DNA of 42,041 nt from a bacterium (GCA_027310975.1 DAICZV010000001.1:1-42041), one strand, 5' to 3'; shown: positions 1 through 7,869, counted from the stretch's first letter. A program made the numbers and translations. Notes: generated by a model from the sequence alone, not told the origin.

Positions 1-100
1 CTCGCTCTCGGCCTCGCTCTCCTTCGACGCGGCTCAGGAACCATGCCCGCTCGGCCTGCGAGACGGTTTTCTTAGCGAAATGACTTCTCCATTTTGAAAT

Positions 101-128
101 AAAAAAGAGCATCTAATTATAGATGCTC
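101..128 (-). terminator. Intrinsic terminator of the 152..547 gene
   Basis: Minus strand GAGCATCTA-TAAT-TAGATGCTC followed by a T-run. Confidence 0.7.
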
Positions 129-151
129 CCGCTTGAAATATTTTCAAGCAA

Positions 152-547
152 TTACTTCCTGTTAACATGATCGACAAAAATCCCGGACACGCCCCACGGC
201 GCATCATTGTCGTAGCATATCCTCCACCCTGTGACCTTCCACTCGGGATTAACCTTCTCAAACGTGTTGATTATTTGAAGTATTTTCCCGGCGTGTCTGT
301 GAATTGGTCGGATATCCTTAAATTGGTCAAGTGGAATGTAGCTGTGGTCCCCGACCGTTTCAAATGACATCTCCTGTGTCATTGTCGTGTAGCTTCTGGC
401 CTCAATGACTGTGAAGCCATTTTGTGGCCTTCCAGGCGGCGGTGGAGATGATACTACGGTGCCAGGCGTGCTCGGTCTTAGTAATGCCAATACGGCGATT
501 ATGGCGAGAAATCCCGCCGCAGTGAGTACCACTGTTTTTGTTTTCAC
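152..547 (-). CDS. Hypothetical membrane-anchored protein (131 aa)
   Basis: GTG start with AAGGAGGT SD; N-terminal hydrophobic helix and Pro-rich linker; has its own promoter and terminator. Confidence 0.75.
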   Translation of the reverse strand: MKTKTVVLTAAGFLAIIAVLALLRPSTPGTVVSSPPPPGRPQNGFTVIEARSYTTMTQEMSFETVGDHSYIPLDQFKDIRPIHRHAGKILQIINTFEKVNPEWKVTGWRICYDNDAPWGVSGIFVDHVNRK

Positions 548-607
548 GATTTACCTCCTTAATATTAAGCTCTGAATGTACGCCATCAAAAATTTGATGA
601 TATCAAA

Positions 608-636
608 ATAATAGAACTATCGGCGCTATTTGTCAA
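608..636 (-). promoter_or_regulatory. Sigma70-type promoter
   Basis: TTGACA-17 nt-TATTAT upstream of 152..547. Confidence 0.65.
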
Positions 637-645
637 ACAGAGCGG

Positions 646-1950
646 TTACTCGTAGAGTCCTGGTTTCGCAAGCCAGACGGGCGATTGGCGCACCAAGAGT
701 TCCTTGGCCTTCAATGGTTCGGCCATCAGTTCTTTCACTATCTTCTCCATCCGGACGCCTTGCGAGCCCTTCACGAGAATGAGGTCGCCGTTTTTAACGC
801 GCTCGGCGAGCCAGGCGCCGGCCTCGGCGACGGATTCAAAGCTCGCGATATCCTTCTTCGGCATCTTGGCGGAAGTGGCCGCCTCGGCGATGAATTTGGC
901 GCGGACGCCCACCGTGACGAGGATATCGGCGGATTTCGCGGCCAACTTGCCTATCTCTTTATGGGCCTCCATCGTGTATTTGCCGAGTTCCAGCATATCT
1001 CCAAGCACGGCGATCTTCCTTTTGGCTTTTATATCCTTGAGCGTTTCCAAAGCCGCGGACATGGCTCGGGGCGAGGCGTTGTACGTGTCGTCTATGAGCA
1101 TACCGCCCTTGAGGGCCGGTATCGCCCGCAGACGGCCCGCGGGGCCGCGATAATTTCCCAAAGCTTCGGATATCTTAACGAGGTTCATTCCGAAAACAAG
1201 GCCCACCGCCGCGGCGACGGCCGAGGAATAAGCGGCGGTTCGGCCGAAAACGCCCTCTATCCGCACCGGCACGAAACTGCCGCCGTAGTTAAGTTTGAAG
1301 GATATCCCCGCTTCGCCGGTTTCCGGGTCAAAGCGGTCCTTGAAGTTGGTGATGTGCAGTTCCGCCTTTGGGTCAAAGCCGAAGGTTACGACGTGCGCCC
1401 GCGTCTGCTCCCTCATTTTAACGACCGCCTTGTCGTCGGCGTTCAAGATGGCGAAACCGGTCGCCGGCAGAAAGCTCACGAGCTTGGATTTTTCCTTAGC
1501 GACGCCTTCCGGTCCGGAAAAAAACTCCACGTGCACCGGAATTTCGCCTACCGCCGTCACGGCGCCGATTTGGGGCTTGGCGACGCTCAAAAGATAGTTC
1601 ATGTCCCCCGGCCGGTCCACGCCGTATTCCAGGACGAGCACCTCCGGATAATCAGCGGTAATGACGAGATTTTTAAGGCCCTTCCAAACGGCGCGGAACC
1701 AGACCCCGAGCCCTTCCGTGGATTCAAAGTCGCCGATGATGTTCAAGGGCAGCCCCAGCTCGTTGTTGAAATTTTTGGCTGAAGCGCGGGTGCTGCGGTC
1801 GGCGGAAAGCACCGCCGCAATCGCAAGCTTGGCCGAGGTCTTGCCGACATTGCCGGTCACGCCCACGACAGCCGGCTTGTATTTAACGAGCGTCAGCCGC
1901 GCGATGAAGCGCAGTTTCCAGGCAATAATTTTCAGGATTAGTTCCTTCAT
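646..1950 (-). CDS. murF: UDP-N-acetylmuramoyl-tripeptide--D-Ala-D-Ala ligase
   Basis: GVTGNVGKT P-loop, NFNNELGLP, DDTYNASP, LGDMLELG and LVKGS motifs; dcw context. Confidence 0.93.
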   Translation of the reverse strand: MKELILKIIAWKLRFIARLTLVKYKPAVVGVTGNVGKTSAKLAIAAVLSADRSTRASAKNFNNELGLPLNIIGDFESTEGLGVWFRAVWKGLKNLVITADYPEVLVLEYGVDRPGDMNYLLSVAKPQIGAVTAVGEIPVHVEFFSGPEGVAKEKSKLVSFLPATGFAILNADDKAVVKMREQTRAHVVTFGFDPKAELHITNFKDRFDPETGEAGISFKLNYGGSFVPVRIEGVFGRTAAYSSAVAAAVGLVFGMNLVKISEALGNYRGPAGRLRAIPALKGGMLIDDTYNASPRAMSAALETLKDIKAKRKIAVLGDMLELGKYTMEAHKEIGKLAAKSADILVTVGVRAKFIAEAATSAKMPKKDIASFESVAEAGAWLAERVKNGDLILVKGSQGVRMEKIVKELMAEPLKAKELLVRQSPVWLAKPGLYE

Positions 1951-1959
1951 GGTGCGTTT

Positions 1960-3603
1960 TTATGGCGGGGTGGTCTTCCAATTGCCGACGTGCGGCGGCG
2001 AGGTGATGGCGTTTTGCGGATTGTCCGGCGTGATATTTTCATAGTTCAAAGCGAACTCGGCGAGCTGCCGCCAGGCGGGCACGACGGTGAGGACCGCCAA
2101 ATCGCCGATGCGCGGATTATCCAGTTTTACGAGAAGCACGAGCTTGGGATCGGTGGCGGGGACGGTCCCGACGAAGGTGTGAATGTAGTTCGCCGTATAG
2201 CCGCCGTGCACCAAATCGGGAATCTGGGCCGTGCCTGTCTTTCCCGCCACGTGGAAGGAAGGGATGTTGGCGACGCCGCCGCCCTCCGCGGCCGCCTCCA
2301 TCATGGTAACCACCTCAGATGCGGTGGACGAAGAGATAATGCGCCGCACGACCTTCGGGCCGAGGGCGGAGTTCAAATAAGGCCGCATTAAGAGGCCGCC
2401 GTTCGCGAGGACGCTGTAGGCGTTGGTGAGCTGCAAAGGAGTGACGCCAATCCCCTGGCCGAAAGCGGCGGTGGCGAAATCAACGTCCTGGGCGCCCGGG
2501 CGCGTGAGGTTTACGGTTCGGCCGGGCACTTCGCTCGGCAGGTCCACGCCGGTCAAAGCGCCGAAGCCGAAGTTGAAGACGCCCTGGGTGAAGAGCTTAT
2601 CGCCGATTTGCTGCTGCGCCCAGACGGCGCCGGTGTTGATGGAGTGCATTAAGACCTCCGTCATGCTCGTGCCGGGGCCGTAGGCGTGATGGTCATAGTT
2701 TAATATCTTTTTCCCGTTCAAAACGATATAGCCGGGGTCGGTGTACACAGTGCTGGAAGTTAATATGCCGTCATTGATGCCGATGGCCATGGTAATCGGC
2801 TTGAAGGCGGAGCCCGGTTCGTAGAAATATTGCGTGCCGGGGTTCATGAAGCTCGCGACCGACGAGCTCGCGTAATTGTTCGGGTCAAACCCAGGTTCGT
2901 TCGCAAAGGCCAGGATGGCGCCGGTTTGCGGGTTTTCAATGAGGATGGTGCCGCCGTCGGCGTTATGGTCCGTCACCAGATTCTGGAGCAATTGTTCGGC
3001 CTGGGCTTGGAGCGTCCGGTCAATGGTCGTCTGGATATTATCGCCCGCGGCGAGTTCACTGTTGTATTCCGCCTCCAATCCGTAGAGTCCGGCCGGCTGG
3101 GACGCGGAACTCGTGAAACCGACGAAGCCGAGTATCTGAGCGGCGAGCGAGCCGAAGGGGTAATAACGGTAGTTCTTTTGGTCGGTGTAAATTCCGTTCA
3201 GCTTCAAGCCGTCCACGGCGGTCGCCTCGTCGGGCGAGGCCTTTTCCACGAGCATTCTAAAGAGGCTCTTGGGATTATTAAGCGCCTTCGCGAGCGCGTC
3301 CGGCTGCCAGCCGATTACGGGCGCGAGGGCGGCGGCCGTGGATGTCGGGTCGGTTATTTCTTGAGGGACGGCGTAGATGACCGGATAGGCCTGATCCATG
3401 GCGGCCGGGATCTGATTGTTGTTACGGTCGGTAAAAAAAATCTGCCCCCGGGCCAGGTCGGACTGGGCGAGAGCTTGATTGCGCGCCTCGGCGCGGGCGA
3501 AGTAATAATCCCCTTTTTCTATCTGCAGACGGAATAAATTGAAGCCTAAAAGGCCGAAAATGAGGCCAAAGACAGAGGTTAAAAAGATGAATCGGAAACC
3601 CAT
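1960..3603 (-). CDS. ftsI: Class B penicillin-binding protein (FtsI/PBP2-type transpeptidase)
   Basis: N-terminal TM helix, RYYP, EPGSAFK (SxxK), SIN (SxN) and KTGTAQ motifs; dcw context. Confidence 0.88.
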   Translation of the reverse strand: MGFRFIFLTSVFGLIFGLLGFNLFRLQIEKGDYYFARAEARNQALAQSDLARGQIFFTDRNNNQIPAAMDQAYPVIYAVPQEITDPTSTAAALAPVIGWQPDALAKALNNPKSLFRMLVEKASPDEATAVDGLKLNGIYTDQKNYRYYPFGSLAAQILGFVGFTSSASQPAGLYGLEAEYNSELAAGDNIQTTIDRTLQAQAEQLLQNLVTDHNADGGTILIENPQTGAILAFANEPGFDPNNYASSSVASFMNPGTQYFYEPGSAFKPITMAIGINDGILTSSTVYTDPGYIVLNGKKILNYDHHAYGPGTSMTEVLMHSINTGAVWAQQQIGDKLFTQGVFNFGFGALTGVDLPSEVPGRTVNLTRPGAQDVDFATAAFGQGIGVTPLQLTNAYSVLANGGLLMRPYLNSALGPKVVRRIISSSTASEVVTMMEAAAEGGGVANIPSFHVAGKTGTAQIPDLVHGGYTANYIHTFVGTVPATDPKLVLLVKLDNPRIGDLAVLTVVPAWRQLAEFALNYENITPDNPQNAITSPPHVGNWKTTPP

Positions 3604-3890
3604 TGCGCTGATGACAAATATTGCGGTTTGTTATCCAGGGTCAATGAGTACGTCGCGGCGAGCGCCTCCAATTTCACCGGATCCGTCGCCTGGTAAAGGC
3701 TGTTTTGGAGCGCTGTCCCTTGAGTTTGCGCGGCGGCGATCTGCGACTTCAGAGAATTGACCTGATAACGGGCGTTTACCAATGAATTATACTCAATGAC
3801 GTAGAAAACGCCACCGACAAGAAGCGCGAGGAACATCAACGCGAAGAATTTAACGTACGTTTTATGAAAATTAGGTTTGAATATGGTCAT
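3579..3890 (-). CDS. FtsL-like cell division protein
   Basis: Single TM helix plus coiled coil; lies between rsmH and ftsI. Confidence 0.65.
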   Translation of the reverse strand: MTIFKPNFHKTYVKFFALMFLALLVGGVFYVIEYNSLVNARYQVNSLKSQIAAAQTQGTALQNSLYQATDPVKLEALAATYSLTLDNKPQYLSSAQWVSDSSF

Positions 3891-3899
3891 GTTGTTTTA

Positions 3900-4796
3900 T
3901 TATTTGAACTTTATCGCCCTTAATTTTGCCGACCGGCTCCGCGGATTGGCGCTGGTTTCGGCGCGGCCGGGCGTAATTGGTTTTTTGACTATGAGATCGG
4001 CCTTTTTGTTCGTAGCGAGATCGCGGAAGGCGTTCTTGACCAGGCGGTCTTCCAACGAATGAAAGGAGATGATTGCCACCCGGCCGCCGTCTGTCATTAT
4101 TTCCGGCAAGGCCGCGAGTATCGTCTCCAGGTTTTTAAGCTCGCCGTTCACGTATATCCGCAGGGCCTGGAAGGCCTTGGTCGCCGGGTGGATATGGTGT
4201 CCGGCGGAACCCTTGCCGTCCTTCGGCATGGCGCTTTCAATTATCCGCACCAGGTCTTCGGTCGTCATGATGCGCGTCTCGCGCCTGCGTTCCACTATCT
4301 TTTTTGCGATGCGGCGGGCGAACCTTTCTTCGCCGTAGTGGAAGATAATGTCGGCCAGGGCCTCTTCGCCGAAACTGTTCACGACTTGGGAAGCCGTCGG
4401 CCGTTCCTCATCGCTCCGGTCGTAGCGCATGTCCAGCGGTTCGTTCCGCATGAAGCTGAATCCGCGGCCGGAACTTTGGAGCTGGTCGGAAGAGAGGCCA
4501 AGGTCCAGGACCAGGCCGTCCGCCTTCGGCGTCTGGAGTTTTTTCATGAGCTCCGGAATGTTGGCGTAATTTTCATGGGCCAAGATGACGTTGCCGCGGT
4601 TCGTGACCTCCGGGCGAAAGGCCTCCAAGGCCTTTTCGTCCCAATCCAGTCCGAGGAAAAGCCCCCGGCCCTTGGTGTGCTCCAATATTTCCCGGGCGTG
4701 GCCGCCGGCGCCGATGGTCCCGTCAATGAAGAAGTCACCCGGCTTAGGCTCCAAGACCTTGATAGTTTCCTTTAAAAGAACGGGAGTGTGGGACAT
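3900..4796 (-). CDS. rsmH: 16S rRNA m4C1402 methyltransferase
   Basis: HTPVLL, DGTIGAGGH, DLGLSS, FHSLEDR and NPRSRSAKLR motifs. Confidence 0.96.
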   Translation of the reverse strand: MSHTPVLLKETIKVLEPKPGDFFIDGTIGAGGHAREILEHTKGRGLFLGLDWDEKALEAFRPEVTNRGNVILAHENYANIPELMKKLQTPKADGLVLDLGLSSDQLQSSGRGFSFMRNEPLDMRYDRSDEERPTASQVVNSFGEEALADIIFHYGEERFARRIAKKIVERRRETRIMTTEDLVRIIESAMPKDGKGSAGHHIHPATKAFQALRIYVNGELKNLETILAALPEIMTDGGRVAIISFHSLEDRLVKNAFRDLATNKKADLIVKKPITPGRAETSANPRSRSAKLRAIKFK

Positions 4797-4806
4797 CGGG
4801 TATTTA

Positions 4807-5238
4807 TCAAATTCCCAGCTCTCCCAATTTTTCCGCTATTTCGTCCGACGCGGATTCGGTCTTTTGCTTGTACGTTTGCCATTCCGCCTCGTCCCAAATC
4901 TCCATCCGGTTGTAGAGCCCGGTGATGACCGCTTGCTTGGAAAGGCCGGCGTAATGGCGCAGATAATCCGGTAGGAGTATTCTCCCCTGTCCGTCCAGCT
5001 TAACGTCGCTCGCTCCGGCGAGCATCAAGCGCACGAAGGCGCGGGAGTTCGCCTGGGCCAGGGGCAGGGCGGTCAGCTTCTGGACCAGCGTTTCCCATTC
5101 GTTCAGGCCGAAAACGAACAAACACTTATCAAGTCCCCGAGTGATTATGGCCCCCGCCTGGAACTTTTCTCGGAATTTGGCCGGCAGGGCCACCCGACCT
5201 TTGGTATCAACGCTATGTTTAAATTCGCCCAGTATCAT
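4807..5238 (-). CDS. mraZ: Division/cell wall cluster transcriptional repressor MraZ
   Basis: Two DxxGR (SpoVT/AbrB) repeats; upstream of rsmH. Confidence 0.96.
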   Translation of the reverse strand: MILGEFKHSVDTKGRVALPAKFREKFQAGAIITRGLDKCLFVFGLNEWETLVQKLTALPLAQANSRAFVRLMLAGASDVKLDGQGRILLPDYLRHYAGLSKQAVITGLYNRMEIWDEAEWQTYKQKTESASDEIAEKLGELGI

Positions 5239-5250
5239 TGATATTTTGTT

Positions 5251-5322
5251 GGGTTATCCCCAGATTGAGGGGTTATCCCCAGGTTTATCCACTTTCCCCC
5301 ACTTACATACACAATTATATCA
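5251..5322 (-). promoter_or_regulatory. mraZ promoter with MraZ-operator-like repeats
   Basis: Extended -10 TGATATAAT, then GTGGG, GTGGA and CTGGG at 10-nt spacing plus a further CTGGG. Confidence 0.65.
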
Positions 5323-5509
5323 TTATGCAGGGATACTAAAACACCGCCCCGGGAGGCGGTTCGTATAAGCACCCCCTTGTTTACTGGCGTTTTGACTCTC
5401 TCTGGACCGGAGTTATCAACAACTTGCATTTCCCCACTCTTTTGTTTTGTTTTTAAAAAAATACCCTTCGCACATATGTTCAATATGCGAAGGGCAATGG
5501 AGCTCAAGA

Positions 5510-6061
5510 TTATTTTGGGAGGGTGGCAGCCCGGCTAACTGGCTCGTCTTTGAGCGCTATTGAACCAATTAACATGACTACGCCGGCAATTATGACGGCG
5601 AATCCGAATCCGAGGTGGAAACGGAAGCCGAGCCCAAGCGTGGGCAGGAAGCCCAAAATGAAAGAGACTAGATATATTCCCTGGAAACCACGGGACGTGC
5701 TGATTGCAAAAATCAGCAGAAAGAACACTCCGATGTCTATGGCGTACAAAGATGAACCGGTAACCAGCAAGAGGATGCCGCCGATAGCCCCCAGGACGCC
5801 TCCGTATGCAGAAGCGGTGGAGATGCTGTCTTCGTGTTTTGCATAATGTTCATTACGGTTCACCTTTATATAGGCGCGCATCATCCCCCAAAGCAGCGGG
5901 ACGATGAACCCGGCGACCATGTCGGCAATCGCTGTTTTCTCCGTTACCGTTGCCCCAGTGGCCTTTTGGAAGAAACCCCAGAACGCCATAATGAGAACTA
6001 AGGACAGAGCGGCCCAGGTTAAGGTCTCCCTTGAGAGATATTCCCTCTTGTCCGTTTCCAT
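5510..6061 (-). CDS. Hypothetical integral membrane protein (about 6 TM helices)
   Basis: AGGAGG SD; several hydrophobic segments; hairpin at about 5464-5493 downstream. Confidence 0.75.
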   Translation of the reverse strand: METDKREYLSRETLTWAALSLVLIMAFWGFFQKATGATVTEKTAIADMVAGFIVPLLWGMMRAYIKVNRNEHYAKHEDSISTASAYGGVLGAIGGILLLVTGSSLYAIDIGVFFLLIFAISTSRGFQGIYLVSFILGFLPTLGLGFRFHLGFGFAVIIAGVVMLIGSIALKDEPVSRAATLPK

Positions 6062-6134
6062 CTACTACCTCCTTTGTTTTTTGTTTACGTGAAGAACCGA
6101 TAGCGATAATGCCATATCTTTATGGTTTGGTCAA

Positions 6135-6275
6135 CGAAAGACCGCTCCGATATTTTCGGAGCGGCTTTGAATGCGGGTGCCCCAGGCACGAAGGCCCGGG
6201 GCAGGAGAAAAGAGGGAGGTTGTGGCCTTTTTTCAACTCCCTTAGGCCGGCCACAGGATCTCCTAAGGGATGCGC
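6135..6275 (-). ncRNA. Candidate structured small RNA (H-type pseudoknot, hairpin, terminator)
   Basis: 9-bp and 7-bp perfect interleaved stems; upstream TTGTAT-17-TAAAAT promoter; terminator hairpin at 6141-6165. Confidence 0.4.
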
Positions 6276-6277
6276 AA

Positions 6278-6916
6278 CTATTTTACCAAATCGGTTATGG
6301 GGATACAATCGTCTTTCCGAAAATCTCCTACCCGCACCCGTTCCAGCGCGGCAATATAACCGCCGGTGCCGAGCGCTTGGCCGATATCGCGGGCCAGAGA
6401 CCGGATATAAACGCCGGGGCCGGTCACCGCTTTGATTTTCAAGTTAGGCCATTCATACGACATGAGTTTAAGCTCTTTTACTATGACGCGCCGCGGCTTC
6501 AGCTCCGGCGTCTGGCCGCTCCGCGCCGTTTTGTAGGCCCTTCGGCCGGCCACTTTAACGGCGCTGTAGGCCGGCGGCACCTGGTCTATTTCGCCGACGA
6601 AATTCGGCAAGATGTTGGCGATACCCTCTTGGGTGGGCCGCGGCGGATTAGCGACAGGCGTTTTATTCCCCTCCGCATCGTCGGTCGTGCTCCACTCGCC
6701 TAATCTGATCGTGGCAATGTACTCCTTTTCTTTATTTACGATGGAGCTTAGGAGTTTGGTGCTTTGCCCCGTCGCGATGACCAGAACCCCTTCCGCCAAC
6801 GGGTCCAGCGTGCCGGCATGGCCGACGCGCCGCTCCCCCGTCGCCCGGCGGACCCGGTCAACCATGTCGTGCGATGTCGGGCCTTTCGGTTTCCAAACGG
6901 CGAAGATGCGTTCCAT
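6278..6916 (-). CDS. truB: tRNA pseudouridine(55) synthase, short form
   Basis: KPKGPTSHD, GHAGTLDPLAEG, PPAYSAVK and YIRSLARD motifs; start reassigned to ATG 6916. Confidence 0.95.
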   Translation of the reverse strand: MERIFAVWKPKGPTSHDMVDRVRRATGERRVGHAGTLDPLAEGVLVIATGQSTKLLSSIVNKEKEYIATIRLGEWSTTDDAEGNKTPVANPPRPTQEGIANILPNFVGEIDQVPPAYSAVKVAGRRAYKTARSGQTPELKPRRVIVKELKLMSYEWPNLKIKAVTGPGVYIRSLARDIGQALGTGGYIAALERVRVGDFRKDDCIPITDLVK

Positions 6917-6934
6917 TGGTGGGCGTTGCTGGGA

Positions 6935-6971
6935 CCCCGGTAGTATCAGCTTCGCTGAACTACGGGGCAAG
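6935..6971 (-). repeat. 37-bp palindromic REP/MITE-like element, copy 1
   Basis: CTTGCCCCGTAGTTCAGCGAAGCTGATACTACCGGGG; similar copies at 33148 and 33294. Confidence 0.8.
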
Positions 6972-6998
6972 TCGAACCGTATTAGGGCCTTTGCAATG

Positions 6999-7113
6999 CT
7001 TGCCCCGTTGCAAATTTTCCTGTGCGCCTTGGAAGGATCGAACTTCCGACCTTTCCGATGTGAACGGAACGCTCTACCACTGAGCTAAAGGCGCGTACGA
7101 ATTTGCAATGGGG
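6999..7113 (+). mobile_element. Inverted-repeat-bounded insert carrying the intact tRNA-Val
   Basis: CTTG+CCCCGTTGCAAATT ... AATTTGCAATGGGG (13/14 IR) encloses the tRNA gene. Confidence 0.6.
7023..7094 (-). tRNA. tRNA-Val(CAC)
   Basis: Full cloverleaf: acceptor GCGCCTT/AAGGCGC, anticodon arm TTCCG-TTCACAT-CGGAA, T loop GTTCGATC. Confidence 0.95.
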
Positions 7114-7136
7114 TGAATGCAACGCCCCACGCCGTT

Positions 7137-7165
7137 AGAATAGATAAAAATAGGTTTTCTGGCAA
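7137..7165 (-). promoter_or_regulatory. Promoter of the tRNA-Val/truB unit
   Basis: TTGCCA-17 nt-TATTCT ending 9 nt before the 5' end of the relic tRNA. Confidence 0.55.
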
Positions 7166-7172
7166 CCAATAC

Positions 7173-7230
7173 AATGTATGGGAGCTTCGCTCCCATACAT
7201 TCTTGTAACGGAGCTGAGCTCCGTTACATT
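7173..7230. repeat. Two tandem REP-like palindromes
   Basis: AATGTATGGGAGC-TTC-GCTCCCATACATT and TGTAACGGAGC-TGA-GCTCCGTTACA; a related copy lies at 38905-38935. Confidence 0.7.
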
Positions 7231-7324
7231 TACATTGCGGGTATAAAAATAGCGGGCCTTATGGGTCCGCTTGGATTGATTTATTTCGGAGCGGTGTTTT
7301 CGCCCCTTAAATTCTGCCCCTGCT

Positions 7325-7546
7325 TCAAGCTATCGCCACCAGTTCGTCGTTTCCGTTCATCTCCCAGAAACGCCTTTTCTGGTCCCGAAACCGACCTTTG
7401 CTCGTCTCCTCCAGGGCCAGTTTTTGCGGTACGCCATGCATGACCACCTGGACCAGTTTTACTTTTTTGCTGCTCGGCAGCGTCCGGATGATCTTCAGGC
7501 GTTCGGCTGGCTTGGGGGTGGCTGCGCCACCGATAGGTCTTTCCAT
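7325..7546 (-). CDS. Hypothetical basic protein (73 aa)
   Basis: AAGGAG SD before ATG; terminator-like hairpin at about 7246-7271 downstream. Confidence 0.6.
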   Translation of the reverse strand: MERPIGGAATPKPAERLKIIRTLPSSKKVKLVQVVMHGVPQKLALEETSKGRFRDQKRRFWEMNGNDELVAIA

Positions 7547-7640
7547 GACTTCTCCTTTTCATTTGTGAAAGGGCTCGCGGGGTTTGGTCTTGTTTCATCC
7601 CCACGCATAAAGGTTGAGTCGGCCCTTATGCCTGAAGACG

Positions 7641-7670
7641 AAAAACCCTCCGCTTGGGGGCGGAGGGTTT
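7641..7670 (-). terminator. Attenuator terminator hairpin
   Basis: AAACCCTCCGC-CCCCAA-GCGGAGGGTTT-TT. Confidence 0.75.
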
Positions 7671-7692
7671 GTTTTCGTTCGGTTAAAGTCGC

Positions 7693-7773
7693 TTAGATTT
7701 GAAAACCAACCATCCGCCCTTCAGTAAGGAGGATAAGGGACAAACCGATAACGACGACGGATGGTTTAAGCAT
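7693..7773 (-). CDS. Putative leader peptide MLKPSVVVIGLSLILLTEGRMVGFQI (26 aa)
   Basis: Short ORF rich in Val/Ile/Leu, overlapping mutually exclusive stems upstream of a terminator. Confidence 0.6.
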   Translation of the reverse strand: MLKPSVVVIGLSLILLTEGRMVGFQI

Positions 7774-7864
7774 GGATACAATGGATATTAACGGATATTT
7801 CCGGATACAGGCGGATATTTTTATCCTTATCCGTTAGTATCAATTAGTATCCGTATTATATCAG
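7772..7864. repeat. Inverted array of about 10-bp-period repeats (GGATA x5 / TATCC-like x5)
   Basis: GGATA at 7774, 7783, 7793, 7803 and 7813, then complementary units at 7822-7864. Confidence 0.7.
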
Positions 7865-7869
7865 ATCGC

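Larger units (their letters stand above)
6917..7127 (-). pseudogene. Relic tRNA-Val(CAC) interrupted by two insertions
   Basis: 5' GGGCGTT pairs with 3' AACGCCC-A-CCA; removing 6999-7113 restores the anticodon arm TTGCA-TTCACAT-TGCAA; D arm deleted. Confidence 0.75.

Noticed and set aside
4807..4809. Alternative genetic code (TGA read as Gly, code 25)
   Set aside because: mraZ and other conserved genes end at TGA at the expected length, and none needs TGA readthrough.
6120..6308. -1 frameshift or stop readthrough of truB stimulated by the downstream pseudoknot
   Set aside because: No canonical X XXY YYZ slippery site; readthrough meets another TAG five codons later; the -1 extension does not resemble a PUA domain.
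7281..7604. 107-aa ORF overlapping the 73-aa gene
   Set aside because: No SD and an implausible sequence; the alternative frame 7325..7546 has a good SD.
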